Counted from the first letter of the stretch, positions 25,310 through 38,261 are shown. The stretch: 64,000 nucleotides of DNA from Narcine bancroftii (GCF_036971445.1 NC_091479.1:15872001-15936000); one strand, 5' to 3'. The notes: generated by a model from the sequence alone, not told the origin. Translations and numbers: made by a program.

Positions 25310-26230
25310 AGTTCCACAGGGATCTGTTCTGGGACGCCTGTTTCTTCCTGATTTTTATAAATGACCTAGATGAAGAAGCGGAAGGATGGGTTAGTCAGTT
25401 TGTGGACGATTTGGAGGAGTTGTGAAGGTTGCCGTAGGTTACAAAAGGCTATGGACAGAATGAAGATTTGGGAAGAAAAGTGGCAGATGGAGTTCAATCT
25501 GGATAAGTGAGAGGTGATGCATTTTGGAAGATCAAACCTGAAGGCTAAGTACAGGGTCATTGGTTGGATGCTTAACAGTGTGGAGGACAGAGAGATCTTG
25601 GGGTCCAAATCCGTACATCTCTCAAGGTCGCCGCACAGGTTGATAGGATAGTTAAGGCCTATGGGATGCTGGGCTTCATTAATAGGGGGGTTGAGTTCAA
25701 AAGTTGAGAGGTCATGTTGCAATTCTCTGGTGGGTCCACACTTAGAGTATTATGTTCGGTTCAGGTCACCTCATTATAGGAAGGATCTGGAAGCTATGGA
25801 GAGGGGGCAGAGAAGATTGACCAGGATGTTGCTTGGATTGGAAAATATGTCAAGGTTAGCAGGCCTGAGACTTTTCTCTTTGGAGCAAAGAAGGATGAGA
25901 AATGACTTAATAGAGGTCTACAAGATTCTGAGAGGCCTAGATGAGGTGAACAGCCAACACCTTTTTCCCAAGGTAACAATAGCGAACACCAGAGGGCATC
26001 TGTACAAAGCGAAGGGAGGGAGGTGTCAGGGGTAAGTTTTTTTTTAACTCAGAGCGTTGTGGGGGCCTAGAATGCCTTGCCAGGGATGGTGGTGAAGGCT
26101 GAGAAAGGCACACGGGATGATGGAAAACTGGAGGGTTATGAGGTCGGAAGAGTTCAGTATTATTTTTGGTAGGAACATATAGGTCAGCACAACGTCCAAA
26201 GGGCCTGTACTGTGCTGCAGTGTTCTATTT
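25310..26230 (+). mobile_element. CR1/HER1 LINE RT C-terminus and 3' UTR
   Basis: IFINDLDEEAEGWVSQFVDD, WQMEFN, HLEYYVRFRSPHYRKD, LFSLEQRRMRNDLIEVYKI. Confidence 0.9.
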
Positions 26231-26689
26231 CTTATATTAAGTGCTCCACAGAAATGCTCTTGTGCTCGGCGAGATATTTCGCATAGAAGTTCACAAAGTG
26301 TGTGGGTGTTTAGAAGAGGTCACAAACATTGAGCACTCGAAAGTGGCTGAAATGACTGAAGGAGCATCCCCTGGCGATTTCGTCAGGCCGTCTTTCGGAA
26401 GAAGCTGAAAATAAATCTCCATGGCAACAGGATCAGAAATCAATGAGGCTTTCGAGAAAAGGACAGCAATGGGACTGCCACACACGCTCCTCCATTTGAA
26501 CTGATAAACAATCAGTAGATGCCAGAAATGGGGACCGTGGTGACTAACTAACAGAAGAGAAGGCCACTGTTTAGCACGGTGGAACAAATACGTCTTGAGT
26601 ATTGACACGCAGGAACGCTGCATCTTTCCTGTCAGAACTGCCAGCTCCATTGGGGCCCCGGACGGTGGCGAGGGAGGTCGTGCCCACCC

Positions 26690-26960
26690 CTCGGGGCCCC
26701 AAACAGCCGTTCTAAGTGAAGCACCTCGTGAATCTGCAAGGGGGGTCATCCTCTGCATCCGCCGTGGGCTCCTCGACATCGCTTTGATGAGCACCTCGGC
26801 TCTGTCCACCACTGTAGCGGGGATCTCCCATTTGAATTCCCCACCCCATTCCCTTGCTCTCGTGCATTGCCAGACTGAGACCACCCACAAATTAGAGGAA
26901 TAACACCTCACCTTCTGACTGGGCACCCTCCATCCAGATGGCATTAACATCAACTTCGCC
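26690..26960 (+). mobile_element. Penelope GIY-YIG endonuclease fragment
   Basis: GVILCIRRGLLDI...HLNSPPHS...HCQTETTHKLEE*HLTF*LGTLHPDGINI. Confidence 0.8.
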
Positions 26961-28041
26961 AGTGAAGAGCTTTGAGATGTGATTTTGTTAATGGCGCTAT
27001 ATAAATGAAAGCCCTCATCGGACTCTTCAATGCACAGTGAAGTGCTGAACTGTATCAATGGGGCTTCAATTTAATTTTAATTCAGAGATAGATGGTTACA
27101 GGGCCTTCTGGCCCATGAGCCCGCACTTTCCCAAATGCACCCTTAGACCAATTAACCTGCTAACCCCATGCGTTTTCGGAATGTGTGTGGACACCCTCGC
27201 ACCCGGGGAGGAATCCATCAAGCCAGAGAACAGAAACAGACCCTTCAGCCCTTCTAGTCTGTGTCAAACTATTTTTCAAACTAGTCCCACTGATCTGATA
27301 TCTCTCCATAAACGTCAAAATTAAGCCATCATTTACCAATTCAGCTCATTCCACACTCCCACGACTCTCTGTGTGAAGAAGATCCCCCTTTCACCCTTCA
27401 ACCAGGTCCTCCGGGTTTTTTTTATCTCACGCAAGACATGGGGAGAACATGCAAACTCCTCACAGACAGCGTGGGATTTGAATGTTGGTGCTGGAAAAGC
27501 TTTGCACTAACCACTATGTTAAACATGCAGCTGAGTCAACTCATCTCAGATGAGCTGTTTGTTCAAATGTAGCTCACTAAGGGTATGGAAGTCCAAATCA
27601 GAAAGCATCCCAGGCATAGCCCCCCATACCCATCCTGACCTACAATAGGTAGATTGGATAGCTGCTGCAATGAGCTTCATGCATGAAGCAGCAATTGGCT
27701 TCGTACCAACGTGCTGGAGAATCTCAGCAGGTCATGGGAAAGTGAAGGGTGGCCAACGTTTCGGACCTGAGCCCTGCACCTCTTCTTCCTACGGCTCCTG
27801 TGTAACTCTACTGAGTTTCTCCAGCACGTTTCTACATGGCAAGGGACCCCGGTGTCTGCAGACATTCTTGTTTAACTCCAAGCAGCTATTTGTAAAGGGA
27901 ATTTGGAAGAAAATGCATGTTGTCTAGGGCACCCATTCTCAACTATTTATTTTGGCTAAAGCACCCTTAGGACTGCTCAAAGTTTATGGGCCCCCTTTCC
28001 CTGTGTTGCAATTGTTTTGATTTCTTCTGTACTATCGAATA

Positions 28042-28465
28042 CCGTATAGGATGACTCATGTATAGGTCGACCCTGGAGTTTCTACCTAAAATATTAGTTT
28101 TGAGCGATACACTTTGTTATAAAACAAACCCCCCCCCACCGCCGAAACCCCAAATCTGGCATTTACTGCTGACCAGTGGATGCTGTTAAAAACAAATCAA
28201 GTAACAAAATGTTACTTGGGATTTTTTTTTTTAATAAACCACCTTCTGCTCCAGTAGCAGGACCTTGCGGAGTCGACAGCAGTCGGACTGGGTGGACAGA
28301 CCCCACGGATTTCACTAGTAACTAACAGGGCGTGCGTGAGATTGCATCGGAGCCGGTGTTGAGATTTCGCCGTCAAGGCAAGAATTTTAGACCCTTTATA
28401 TTAGGACGGCTCTTTTTAAGGTGATTCTTTTAAGTTTCGAATCGTCCGAAACACGGCATATACAG
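28042..28465. mobile_element. Tc1/mariner (pogo/Tigger-type) non-autonomous element
   Basis: Ends ta|ccgtata ... tatacag|ta. Confidence 0.55.
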
Positions 28466-28501
28466 TACATAAAAAAATTAAAATATTTACAGTAGCTAAT
28501 A

Positions 28502-28700
28502 GCCTGGGATCGTCTGAATTCAGAAGCTAAGCAGACTCAGGACTGATCAATCAGAGACCGCCCAGGAACATCAAGCCCTGTGGGTTTCTGTGAGGGGCGC
28601 TGGGCAAAGTGACAGCTCTGCCTGCCTCACGGTCGACAAAAGATCAAGAATTTCCACGTACGTTTCATTCTAAATGTAGTATCACGTGACAATAATGGAA
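28502..28700 (+). mobile_element. 5S rRNA-derived SINE (SINE3-type)
   Basis: 28502-28588 aligns by eye to 5S rRNA (tcgtctgaattcagaagctaagcag...gagaccgcccaggaac...ctgtgggttt), followed by a non-5S body and a gacaataa tail. Confidence 0.7.
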
Positions 28701-29540
28701 CCCTCTGCCTTTATTCATGTTACATGAGGTGAAAAGAAAACAAGGCTTTTACTTAAAAGTGCTGGTCTGTGGACGAGTCAGTGCCTTCAGCGATGAGTTG
28801 GATAAACTCAGAGCTGAAAGAGAACACTTATACTGCCCTTTGCATGCATCAGGTGCCTTGCCGTTCGGTATGGCCGATCATGTCTCTCCATCCATCATAG
28901 TCTCTGACCCTCAGAATTGCAGTTGTTGCCTTCCCTGTTTCTAATCCATCTCTCATTTTCATTCCCTGCCTGCCTCCGCTTCTTTTTCCAGTTGAAACTC
29001 AATGTTCTAACGTATCGCTTCGCCCGGCGTGTCCAAAGAATGTTGATTGCTGCCCTTTAGGTCTCAGTGAAATGTCATTCCTTTAATATGTGTCTACTTT
29101 CCACTGATGCCCATTTCATTTTGTATTAAAGCTGAAATGCACCCAGATAACGAGAGGCAATTTCAAACATCCAGAATAGGCCGTAACTCTGCGTGGCCAG
29201 TTTGGCAGCTGCCTCTTTGTTTATTCGTTCACATTGTGAGTGTCACGGGCAAGGTAGCCCATCTCTTGAGAAGGCAGGCACTGAGATTAATACATTTTTT
29301 TAAATTTAAATTTAGACATGAGCCTTTCACCCCAACCACACCCAATTAACCTACAACCCCTCCCCGGTACTTTTTGAAGAAACTGGAGCACACACACAGA
29401 AATGAGTAGAGCGTACAAACTCCTCACAGACAGCGTGGGATTCAAACTCCGGTCGCTGGCGCTGTAACAGCGTTGCACTAACCCCCTATGATTCATTCAT
29501 TCACACAGCACTGTCCACGATAACTATCAAGTGACGAATT

Positions 29541-29881
29541 CTTTTCTTCTTCTTTGGCTTGGCTTGGCGGACGAAGATTTATGGAGGGGGTAAAAGTCCA
29601 CGTCAGCTGCAGGCTCGTTTGTGGCTGACAAGTCCGATGCGGGACAGGCAGACACGGTTGCAGCGGCTGCAGGGGAAAATTGGTTGGTTGGGGTTGGGTG
29701 TTGGATTTTTCCTCCCTTGCCTTTTGTCAGTGAGGTGGGCTCTGCGGTCTTCTTCAAAGGAGGTTGCTGCCCGCCAAACTGTGAGGTGCCAAGATGCACG
29801 GTTTGAGGCGATATCAGCCCACTGGCGGTGGTCAATGTGGCAGGCACCAAGAGATTTCTTTAGGCAGTCCTTGTACCTTTT
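29541..29881 (-). mobile_element. RTE LINE 3' fragment with 10-bp TSD
   Basis: TSD gtgacgaatt at 29531-29540 and 29882-29891; (GAA)n tail; encodes FPCSRCNRVCLSRIGLVSHKRAC. Confidence 0.92.
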
Positions 29882-30035
29882 GTGACGAATTACACAACAA
29901 AGAAATAGGTACTTTTTTTTTTACACTGGGCACGGGAATGTTCAAAATTAAGACCCTTTTGGACAGAACTAGGTTTATTTTTTGGAAAGAGTTACAAAAG
30001 TTAAGTTTCCTCAAGATCCAAATTTTAACTTGAAA
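29882..30035 (+). mobile_element. L1 ORF2 Cys-rich domain fragment
   Basis: KEIGTFF...CSKLRPFWTELGLFLERVTKVKFPQDP (frameshifted). Confidence 0.6.
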
Positions 30036-30308
30036 ATATTTTTGACACGTGACTGCACCGAAATGGAGGCTCCAGGACAGGTCTTCAGAGATGTTAACAC
30101 CCAGGAATTTGAAATTCTTTAGGCTCTCCACCGTTGACCCCTCGGTGAAGGAAGCCACAGAGATAATCGGGCCTCACTTAACTCCTGCAGATGGTTACAC
30201 TCAATGTCCTCCAATAAAGACCAGCACGTTCCTCTGTGCAACGTGCTTTTCCAGCCAGGGCTTTGTTTGTTAAATATACTGTAGTTACCGATACAGAATA
30301 TGTCCATC

Positions 30309-30481
30309 AAGGGGTGGCCAACCCTTAATTTAGACATCCAACACAGTAACAGGCCATTTCGGCCCACGAGTCCGTGCCGCCCAATTAACCTACACCAACC
30401 CCCTCCACCCAAAACCGAGCTGAAATGGTCTGTTACCGTGCTGCTTGTCTAAATTAAAAATTAAAACGTTGGCCACCCCTG
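30309..30481. repeat. Foldback element: hAT-like TIRs fused to inverted SINE tails
   Basis: aggggtggccaac / gttggccacccctg, each adjoining a SINE 3' tail. Confidence 0.7.
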
Positions 30482-30559
30482 ATTTAGGTATCCCCACGTT
30501 TGGACATACATCTATCTACACAGGATGGCGAAAAGAGTTGCTGCCTTCCAGCATCAGGC

Positions 30560-30860
30560 CACGAGCAGTCAAAAATTCCATCATATGACAACCCTTTCAT
30601 TCCCAGAATCATCCCTGTGAACCAGCTCTTAACACTTTCTAATGTCAGCCCACATTTTTCAAAAAGGAGGAGCCAAAAACTGCTCACGACACTCCGAGTG
30701 AGGGCTCACCGGTGCCTGCATCACAACCCTGCTCTTGCATTCTATTCCCCTTGACATGAAGGCCAACATTGCGCTTGGTTTGTTCACCACCGTCTCAACG
30801 TGAAAGTTTACCTTCAGGCTATCCTGCACAAGGACCCTCAGGTCGCTTTGCACCTGAAAC
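30560..30860 (-). mobile_element. CR1 LINE fragment
   Basis: DLRVLVQDSLKVNFHVETVVNKPSAMLAFMSRGIECKSR. Confidence 0.8.
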
Positions 30861-31344
30861 ATGCAGAGAAAGCTGGTGATGGGCCACGACATGGGTTTTT
30901 GGTGGAGAGCTCGCCTTCATTATTCTATTGCACTTTTAATGACTCAAGGGAAGAATTTCTGGGTCACTAACACTGATCGACTTCCTGTTCACTCCACACT
31001 GATGGTGTCCATCAGGAAGAACGTACAAACTCTTTACAGACAGTGCCGGGTTCAAACTCGAAAAGCTGGCACTCTAATAGCGTGGCGCTAACCGTGCTGC
31101 CCCAAAATATATATCTAAATATGTATGTGTTTTAATATTTTTCAGATACATTGAGTCAGACAGAGGAGCGGCTGCCTTGCAGGTCCAATGACCAGAGTTC
31201 CACCCCAATTCAAAACGAATCAGTGATGATTCATCCCCGGGGCGATCTGACACCTGCGTGCCAGTTAGTGAGGATTCACACTAGCACGTTAACCGGTAGA
31301 TTGGCGGCTAATTACTGGGTTAACATGCCAGTGTGAATGGGGCT

Positions 31345-31710
31345 ATTTGTTTTCCATTTCCAATCTTGCCCGGCTCCCAGCCTGCACTCCCCAGACATTA
31401 ACGTGGACTTTACTGCTTTACACTAAACCTGCTTGCCTTTTCTTTCCCCTCCCCCTTTCCTGTCCTTCTAATTCTTCCACCCATCCAGCTATCCCTCCTC
31501 CCCATGATCGCTGCTGTCCCCTCCCTCCTTTCTCCACCTATCATCTCCTGCCTTTGCTCCTCCCCCCTCCCCACTTTTGTTCAGACGCTTGGTGGCATTT
31601 TCTCATACTTTGATGAAGGGCTCAAGCCCGAATACTCAGTGATGTATCTTTACCTTTGCTACATAAAGAACACTATTTCACCTGCCGAGCTTTTCCAGCA
31701 TCTTGTGCTT
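31345..31710 (+). mobile_element. Penelope 3' end / pseudo-LTR
   Basis: Pyrimidine tract, ttgatgaagggctcaagcccgaa motif, cctgccgagcttttccagca terminus. Confidence 0.7.
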
Positions 31711-34540
31711 TTATCCCAGCCTGCCCTTCCCCGACTCACTCCTTCCCCGCAGGTGACCATGACGCTCCCACGTGGCCGCAAAAGCCCAGGTTGGCGCACG
31801 GCCGCGACGAGTGAAGCCTACCCGGCCGCAGTGCCAACCGGAACGCTGGCAGCGCTGCACCGACCAGAAATTGTAAGCCCACCACTCTCTGCTCAGCGTG
31901 TGGCCCTTCAAAGGTCCCCGCTGTCACTGAGAAGCAGATCTCCCAGTCTGGTCGACAAATGCTAAATCGAGCTGCTGGCGCAGAGTTCATCCGTCGGAGT
32001 TTGATTTTCCCAAAAAAAGAATAATGAGATGAAAATACTTTATAATATAAAATGGTCACAATGAATGACTTTATATCCCTACTCCAAGCAGTTACATTTC
32101 ATAACCTGCACAGGAATGGAGAAATGAATTAAAATTCAGGAAATGTTGCACAAAAAGAGCAATTAATTGACAACTGATGATTGGTAATCCATGCATGAAG
32201 CATTCCTTGTGTACTTAGAAATAGTTTGCATGCAGGAGTGTACTTTCTGAAAAGCTTTCAGCTCTTTGGACAACAGTTTAATCAATGAACTGTGACAATG
32301 TTCAAAAAAGACGTGTCATATGTAAAGGATGACATCTTAACAGAACTAATTGGTACTTTAAAAAAAAAGAGTTACCCACACGCCTGTTAATCTCCGAGAA
32401 ATTACCAGGACAATTCTAAGTGAATACAATTTAATTAAATTCTCCCCGAGTCCCAAAAATGAACAATCTTCTCATGGGGCCGACCTGCACCAACGAAGAA
32501 CTGAGAGTAAAATGGTCGCGTTTTCAGTAACCAATCACTTTTTCTAACGTGCGGAAAAGAATTGCTTCTTCAGGAACCGATCGCCCTCCTCCTGAGGTCG
32601 GTTCACGAGGCTCATTGTGCTGCCTCAGCGGAGGCCGGGTTCAATCCCAGCCTTGGCCACTGTCTGGGTGGAGTTTTCCCTGAGAACTCCCACGTCCCTT
32701 AAAAACGTGCGTGTTGAAGGTAAACTGGCCACTGTATATTGCCTTGGGGGGTGGGGGGGGGGCAAGTTCAACTTTATTGTCAGAGTACATACATGTCATC
32801 ACATGCAACCCTGAGATTCTCTTTGCATGTGGGTGGGAATTAGTTTAAGCATAAAACATTACAGCACAGAAACAGGCCCGTTCAGCCCTTCTAGCCTGTG
32901 CCGAACCATTTTTTTTTGCCTAGTTCCACTGACCTGCACCCAGACCATAGCTTTCCCATCTATGTACCTGTCCAAATTCCTCTTAAATGTTAAAATTCAG
33001 CCCGCGTTCACCACTTCAGCAGGAAGCTCGTTCCGCACACCCCCCACCCCCACTCTGTGTGAAGAGGTTCCCCTTCACATTCCCCCCTAACCCTGTGGTT
33101 CTCAACCTTTATCTTTCCACTCACATCCCACTTTAAGTATTCCCAATCCATTCAGTGCTCTGTAAGAGATGGCTTAAGGTTGGATTGGAGCAAACTCGAC
33201 AGGCCAAATGGCCTATATCTTACAGTGTGAGGTAGGGAAAGATTAGACTTTAGCAGATTAGGTTCACATGGGTATATACTTAGATCCCTCTCCCACCCCG
33301 GACACAGCATCTTCCAACTCCTCCTATCAGAGAGGAGGATCAGGCCCAGAACCACGAGGCCACGAAACAGCTTCGTCCCACAGGCAGTGTGAATGCTGAA
33401 CGACAGAACAAACTGCTCGTCCAAAACCTCCACGACTCAACCAATATCCATTTATTTTTATGTGGCTTTTGCTCGTCTCCGATTGTCATATCTGTACACG
33501 TGTTCGCATTTTTTTTGCACCAGGTGATGTTCTATAGGGTTGCATCGGGTGATAACAAACTAGAACAACATTGTGGGTCAAAGGGCCTGTACTGTAACGT
33601 TCGATGAACGGGCTAGTTGCCTGCTGTATGTCGTTGTGGGTATAATCACCTTCTGGGATGGGCAATGATAGCGTTGGAAAGGCCACAGTGCCAGTTCCTC
33701 TTGACAGGCTGAAGTGATGTGACTGGTGGCAGCTATGGGCGTGAACACCAATGCCAAGTTGCCAGATTATGAGAGAAGGTGATGATATACTTAGCACAAT
33801 GAAGTCTTGTGTAATGACATTTTATGAATAAGGTTTACTTTTGGAGGTGGCAGGGAGGCTACATTCACAGCTCTGGTTATTTGGGCTTAAATCTTTAATT
33901 TAGACGTGCATTGCAGTAACAGAACCTTCTGGCTCATGAATCCATGCCCGCCAAATTAACCCCCCCCTCCCCAGTTCATTTTTGAAGGATGGGAGAAAAC
34001 CCACGAAGACAAAGGGAGAACGTACAAACTCCTTACAGACAGTGCCTAGTTCGGACCTGGGTCGCTGGTGCCATAAAAACATTGATCTGCCCGTGCAGGG
34101 TTTGCGAGCACACCCTTGACCCGTAACATTTCCACCCGGCCCATAAACCTGAAGGTGGGCAAGTCCATTGGGTAAATTAGTCACTGCAAACGACACCAAG
34201 TACAGGTGGTTGGTCGAAACAGGAGGTTGGTTGAAATGCCAGGGAGTTGATGAGGGAAGTCAATCACTGGGAGGAACAGTAGAGAGAATAGGATTGCTCT
34301 GAGAGCTATAATATAAATTCTATGGGACAAATGGTGGAAAGATTTTAAAAAGTGCCTTGTTAACACTCACTGGGCAATAGAAGCCAGCCAGAGGTGCCAG
34401 GTTTCAAACTCCAACGTTTGGCCCTGCTTTTTGCAGGTGGATGCAAAAAAAAATACTGTGACGCAATTTCAATGTGATTTATCATCTCCCTGTCTCCCTG
34501 ACCAGCACTCTTCTCACAGCGAACATCAGAGAAGTTCGTA

Positions 34541-35430
34541 CGGTAAAACCCCCGGCATCCAGATTCAAGCCTCTAGCAGCCTCAGCAATCAGCAAAAAAA
34601 ATAAAGCAAAATAAATTTTAAAAACAAAGTTTAAAATTGTCAAAGTAAAATGTTCCCTGAAGTAAACCTTTGGTGAAGATGGGAGCAAATATTTAGCCAG
34701 CAGAGGGCCTTGGTCGGGCTTTGCTCGTGGCAGATGTTTGAATCGCTTTGTGGGAAAAAGCAAAGGCGTCGCCCAGGATGAAGAAGTGCCTGCCTGCTTT
34801 TTGCTTGCCCTTGGCCTAACTGATGGATACACAGTAAGACCTCTGGTATCCGGGATCCATAAATGCCAGGTAAGCGTATTTTCCGGTTGCTCAAGTCTAC
34901 TTTTACAATCCCTAACTAATACACCTGCATTAAGTTTAAAAGACAAAAATACTACACTGTACTCACACAGAACAAACTTCACTTGCATGAATATAAAAAC
35001 CTTAAAGTATTTTACTTTATTTTCAGTCACATTCTTTGAAAACATTTAACCATTACTGCATCTGCAGGTTCCTCCCCCTCCACGGAGCCGCATGAAAGAT
35101 AAACAATAACATTACAGATAATTAACCCCCCTCTACCCATGCCAAATTTACAGATAAAGCCTCTGACTGGGGTGATGCTTACTAAGCAGGGATAAGGAGA
35201 CACTTTAAGAGAGTCGTCCCAACATCTCTTCATCCTGGGGGAAGCCATCGCTGTTTCACACAACGCGATTCAAACAGCTGCCACGAGCAAAGCCTGACCA
35301 AGGCCCTCCGCTGGCTGTACATTTGCTCCCATCTTCACCAAAGGTTTATGTGCTACTTCAAGGAACATTTACAATTTTAAACACATTTTTTTTACCTGTT
35401 ATTTTATTCTTATTTATTTTATTTTTTAAT
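34541..35430. mobile_element. Two opposed Tigger-like fragments forming a long inverted repeat
   Basis: 34629-34784 is an imperfect reverse complement of 35227-35382; Tigger-type ends at 34541 and 34832. Confidence 0.65.
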
Positions 35431-35589
35431 TTATTCACCCCTTTCTTACAGCCCAACAAGATGTAAATAAGATGATGTATCGCGTTTAAATAAGTTGCAA
35501 AAAAAAGTTCTTACTTTTTTTGATTTTTCGAAGATACAATGGTAGAATCTGTATTATACTTCAAATTTTGGCTAGGCTATGATGTTCAG

Positions 35590-35827
35590 TGTTCCCCCAC
35601 ACTGATCCCACTGCCTGCTCTCTCCCAATAGTCCCGTGTCAGTCCCCAAACTGATCCCACTGCCCCGCTCTCTCCCGACCGTCCTGTGTCAGTCTCCGCA
35701 CTGATCCCACTCCCCCGTCTTCTCCCGACAGCCCCACGTTGGTCTCCTCACACTGACCCCACTGTCCTTTATCGACTTACGATGGGTTGGCCAGAACGTA
35801 ACCCCATCGTGAGTTGAGGAGCACCTG
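35590..35827. mobile_element. Partial Tigger-like element with ~50-bp minisatellite
   Basis: About 3 units plus terminus catcgtgagttgaggagcacctg|ta. Confidence 0.65.
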
Positions 35828-37084
35828 TATTATTAACTGATCATTGGACTGAACCTTACACCCAATAGCAGTTGCTCACCGATAGCACCTCCAAGATCCG
35901 GGACCTCCACCACTGAGAGGGCCAAGAGCAGCAAATATTCTTTGGGATAAACGAGGATGTTGCCCCATGCACCACGTGCATGGGGTGGGAAGGCCGGGGG
36001 GTGGGGAGCCTCCTCTTACACTAAGCCAAGCATCAAATCTTCCGCAGAGGCCAGGCAAGGGACAGTACCCCTTTAAGAACAAGCTAACATGTGAACAAAC
36101 TACCGCGTAATTAAATTAAATAAAAGCCACAAAATGATTCAATCACTCGAAGAGCGAAAAAGAAAATTAATTCCACCAGCAGGGAACCAAATTTATTCAT
36201 ATCTGAAACACCAGATAAAACATTTATTAGCATTGCTGATATCGAACCTATAAAAGTCTGGAATGAACAGATTCCCTCTCCGGCTTTCTGACTGATAATT
36301 AACTTGTGTTGCTGTGGTAACTGCAAAATCTGAAGGCTTGTAAATCATCAGTTAATGGTCAAACAGTAAATAACTCCCCATAGAAGCAGCAACTTATAAC
36401 CTTTCATTCAGGTTACTTTGAGATACAAGTTTCCCTGCCAATATTTATGGGTCCATCCTAAGGTGACCTTGTGATTGTAATGTGGGCTGTGCTCACAGAT
36501 TTTGCAGCAAATACCAAAAGCCAACATACTTTTTTGACTTTTTTTTTGGAAATACAGATGCCTGACATTACGGCTCTCCCTCTCCCACTGAGTGGATATT
36601 TCATGACAAACAAGTGGTGTACGTCACTGCCGCCGAGACAGGGCAGGGCAGGGTAGACCAGGTGCCCCAACCACCCGGGTTCACTCCTGGCTTCGGGCAC
36701 TGCCTACGTGGAGTTGGCACGCCTCTGCGGGAACTCCGGCTTCCGAAGAGGGGCAGGTCTGCCAGCAGAAGGGATCTCACAAACTCTGGGGGCAGTTGCA
36801 GAAAAAGCATGAGATGCGCAGGTTTAAGGCAGAGATTGGCAGGTCCTTGATTAGCCAGGGCATCAAAGGTTATGGGGAGAAGGTCAAGCAGTGGGGCTGA
36901 GGGGTGGAATGGATCAGCTCATGAATAAATGGAGGGGCTGACTCAATGGGCTGAATAACCTATTTCTGTTCGGATGTCTTAAGGTCCTATAGTGTAGGAT
37001 TAGTGCAAATGGAGCTTGATTGTTGGAGTGTTATCAACAGCCCCAAAGCCTGTTTCCATCTTCATCGACTCCTAGAGTCTAAAG

Positions 37085-37326
37085 CAATGGTTCTCAACCT
37101 TTTTCTTTCCACTCATATCCCACTTTGTAATCCCTATGCCATCGGTGCTCTGTGATTAGTAAGGGATTGCTTAAGGTGGAAAGAAAAAGGTTGAAAACCT
37201 CTGTTTTAATCGCCCCTCATTGGCTTGTTATGTGCACGGTTTCAGAACTCCAACAGAAATGGGCCAATGACAATTTTTCTCAAGCAAAAAATTTCAGTAA
37301 CAATTGGGTCTAGAGCAGTGGTTCTC
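37085..37326. mobile_element. Composite hAT MITE, partial
   Basis: One module, the central spacer and the start of the second module. Confidence 0.8.
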
Positions 37327-37680
37327 GACTGACAGAAATAAGGAGAACACCCCCTGTCGAGGAGACGATCCTACTGGGAAGGTGGCCAGCGGAGGGGCTC
37401 AGTGGCTGAAGGACCCACACAGGCTGCGGCCTGATGGCAATTTACATGCAATGGACCCACACGGGCTGTGGGCTGCTGGAGACTGGCTCACGGGAACCAG
37501 GTATCGGAGCTGGGATTCAAGACGGTGCTGTGGGCACAAGAAGGGCTCCCAAAGGGTCTCGGACGCTGAAGGCTTCCTGATCGTGTTGGAGGTTTGAATC
37601 TAGAGTTCTGGTTGACGATTGTTTGACCAGGAGTCTGTGTGGCTGCAGGAGTGTTGGAGGCAAATCCATGGACACTCAGT

Positions 37681-38261
37681 GGCCGTTTTCACATCCCAGA
37701 TAAGCGGTGACCCTTCTTGGACCTGCTGAAATTCCCGGCAATGCAGGTCCTCCTGGGCCTTTCACGCTGCGGTCCAAATTCCCCAGGAATTTACCTTCTC
37801 TGGCAATTTAGGAGTGGGAGGTCCCTAAATCGATGACACATTATACACTCACAGGAGTACAAACAAAATGCTTCTCCCCCCACCCGCCACTGTCCATCGG
37901 TCAGCCACTACCCCCACTTTGGCACGTCGCGACAATGGCACAATGTTAGACAAATGGAAATTCTGGGAAATACAGAGCTGTTCCAGCTGTGTGAGGGATT
38001 ACAGTTAACGAGGACAGCCATTCGTCCCACAGGGTGCTGCGGTCGCGACGGGAGATGGGAATTTCATCATTTTAATCATGTGCGTGGCGCAGCGCTGGCA
38101 TCATGAGGCTTCCCCTGTGCTGTCATTTGCCTTTTCACAGGGAGAGGGTGGTCCCCAAAAATTACCCAGGTTCGTGTCCCGGGTCGACCTTTTCACACCC
38201 CGGGTTTACAGGTGGAAAATTTCATGGGAATCTTCATTTTACACTGCGGTGTGAACAGGCC
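37681..38261. mobile_element. PIF/Harbinger-like non-autonomous element nested in the unclassified retroposon (37330-38380)
   Basis: TIRs ggccgttttcaca / tgtgaacaggcc; host sequence ggacactcagt|gactc is split. Confidence 0.6.

Noticed and set aside
26291-27058. 255-aa minus-strand ORF
   Set aside because: Partly antisense to a Penelope fragment; no recognisable domain or splice support.
28502-28588. Functional 5S rRNA gene
   Set aside because: 5'-truncated, diverged, box C partly deleted, and not in a tandem array.
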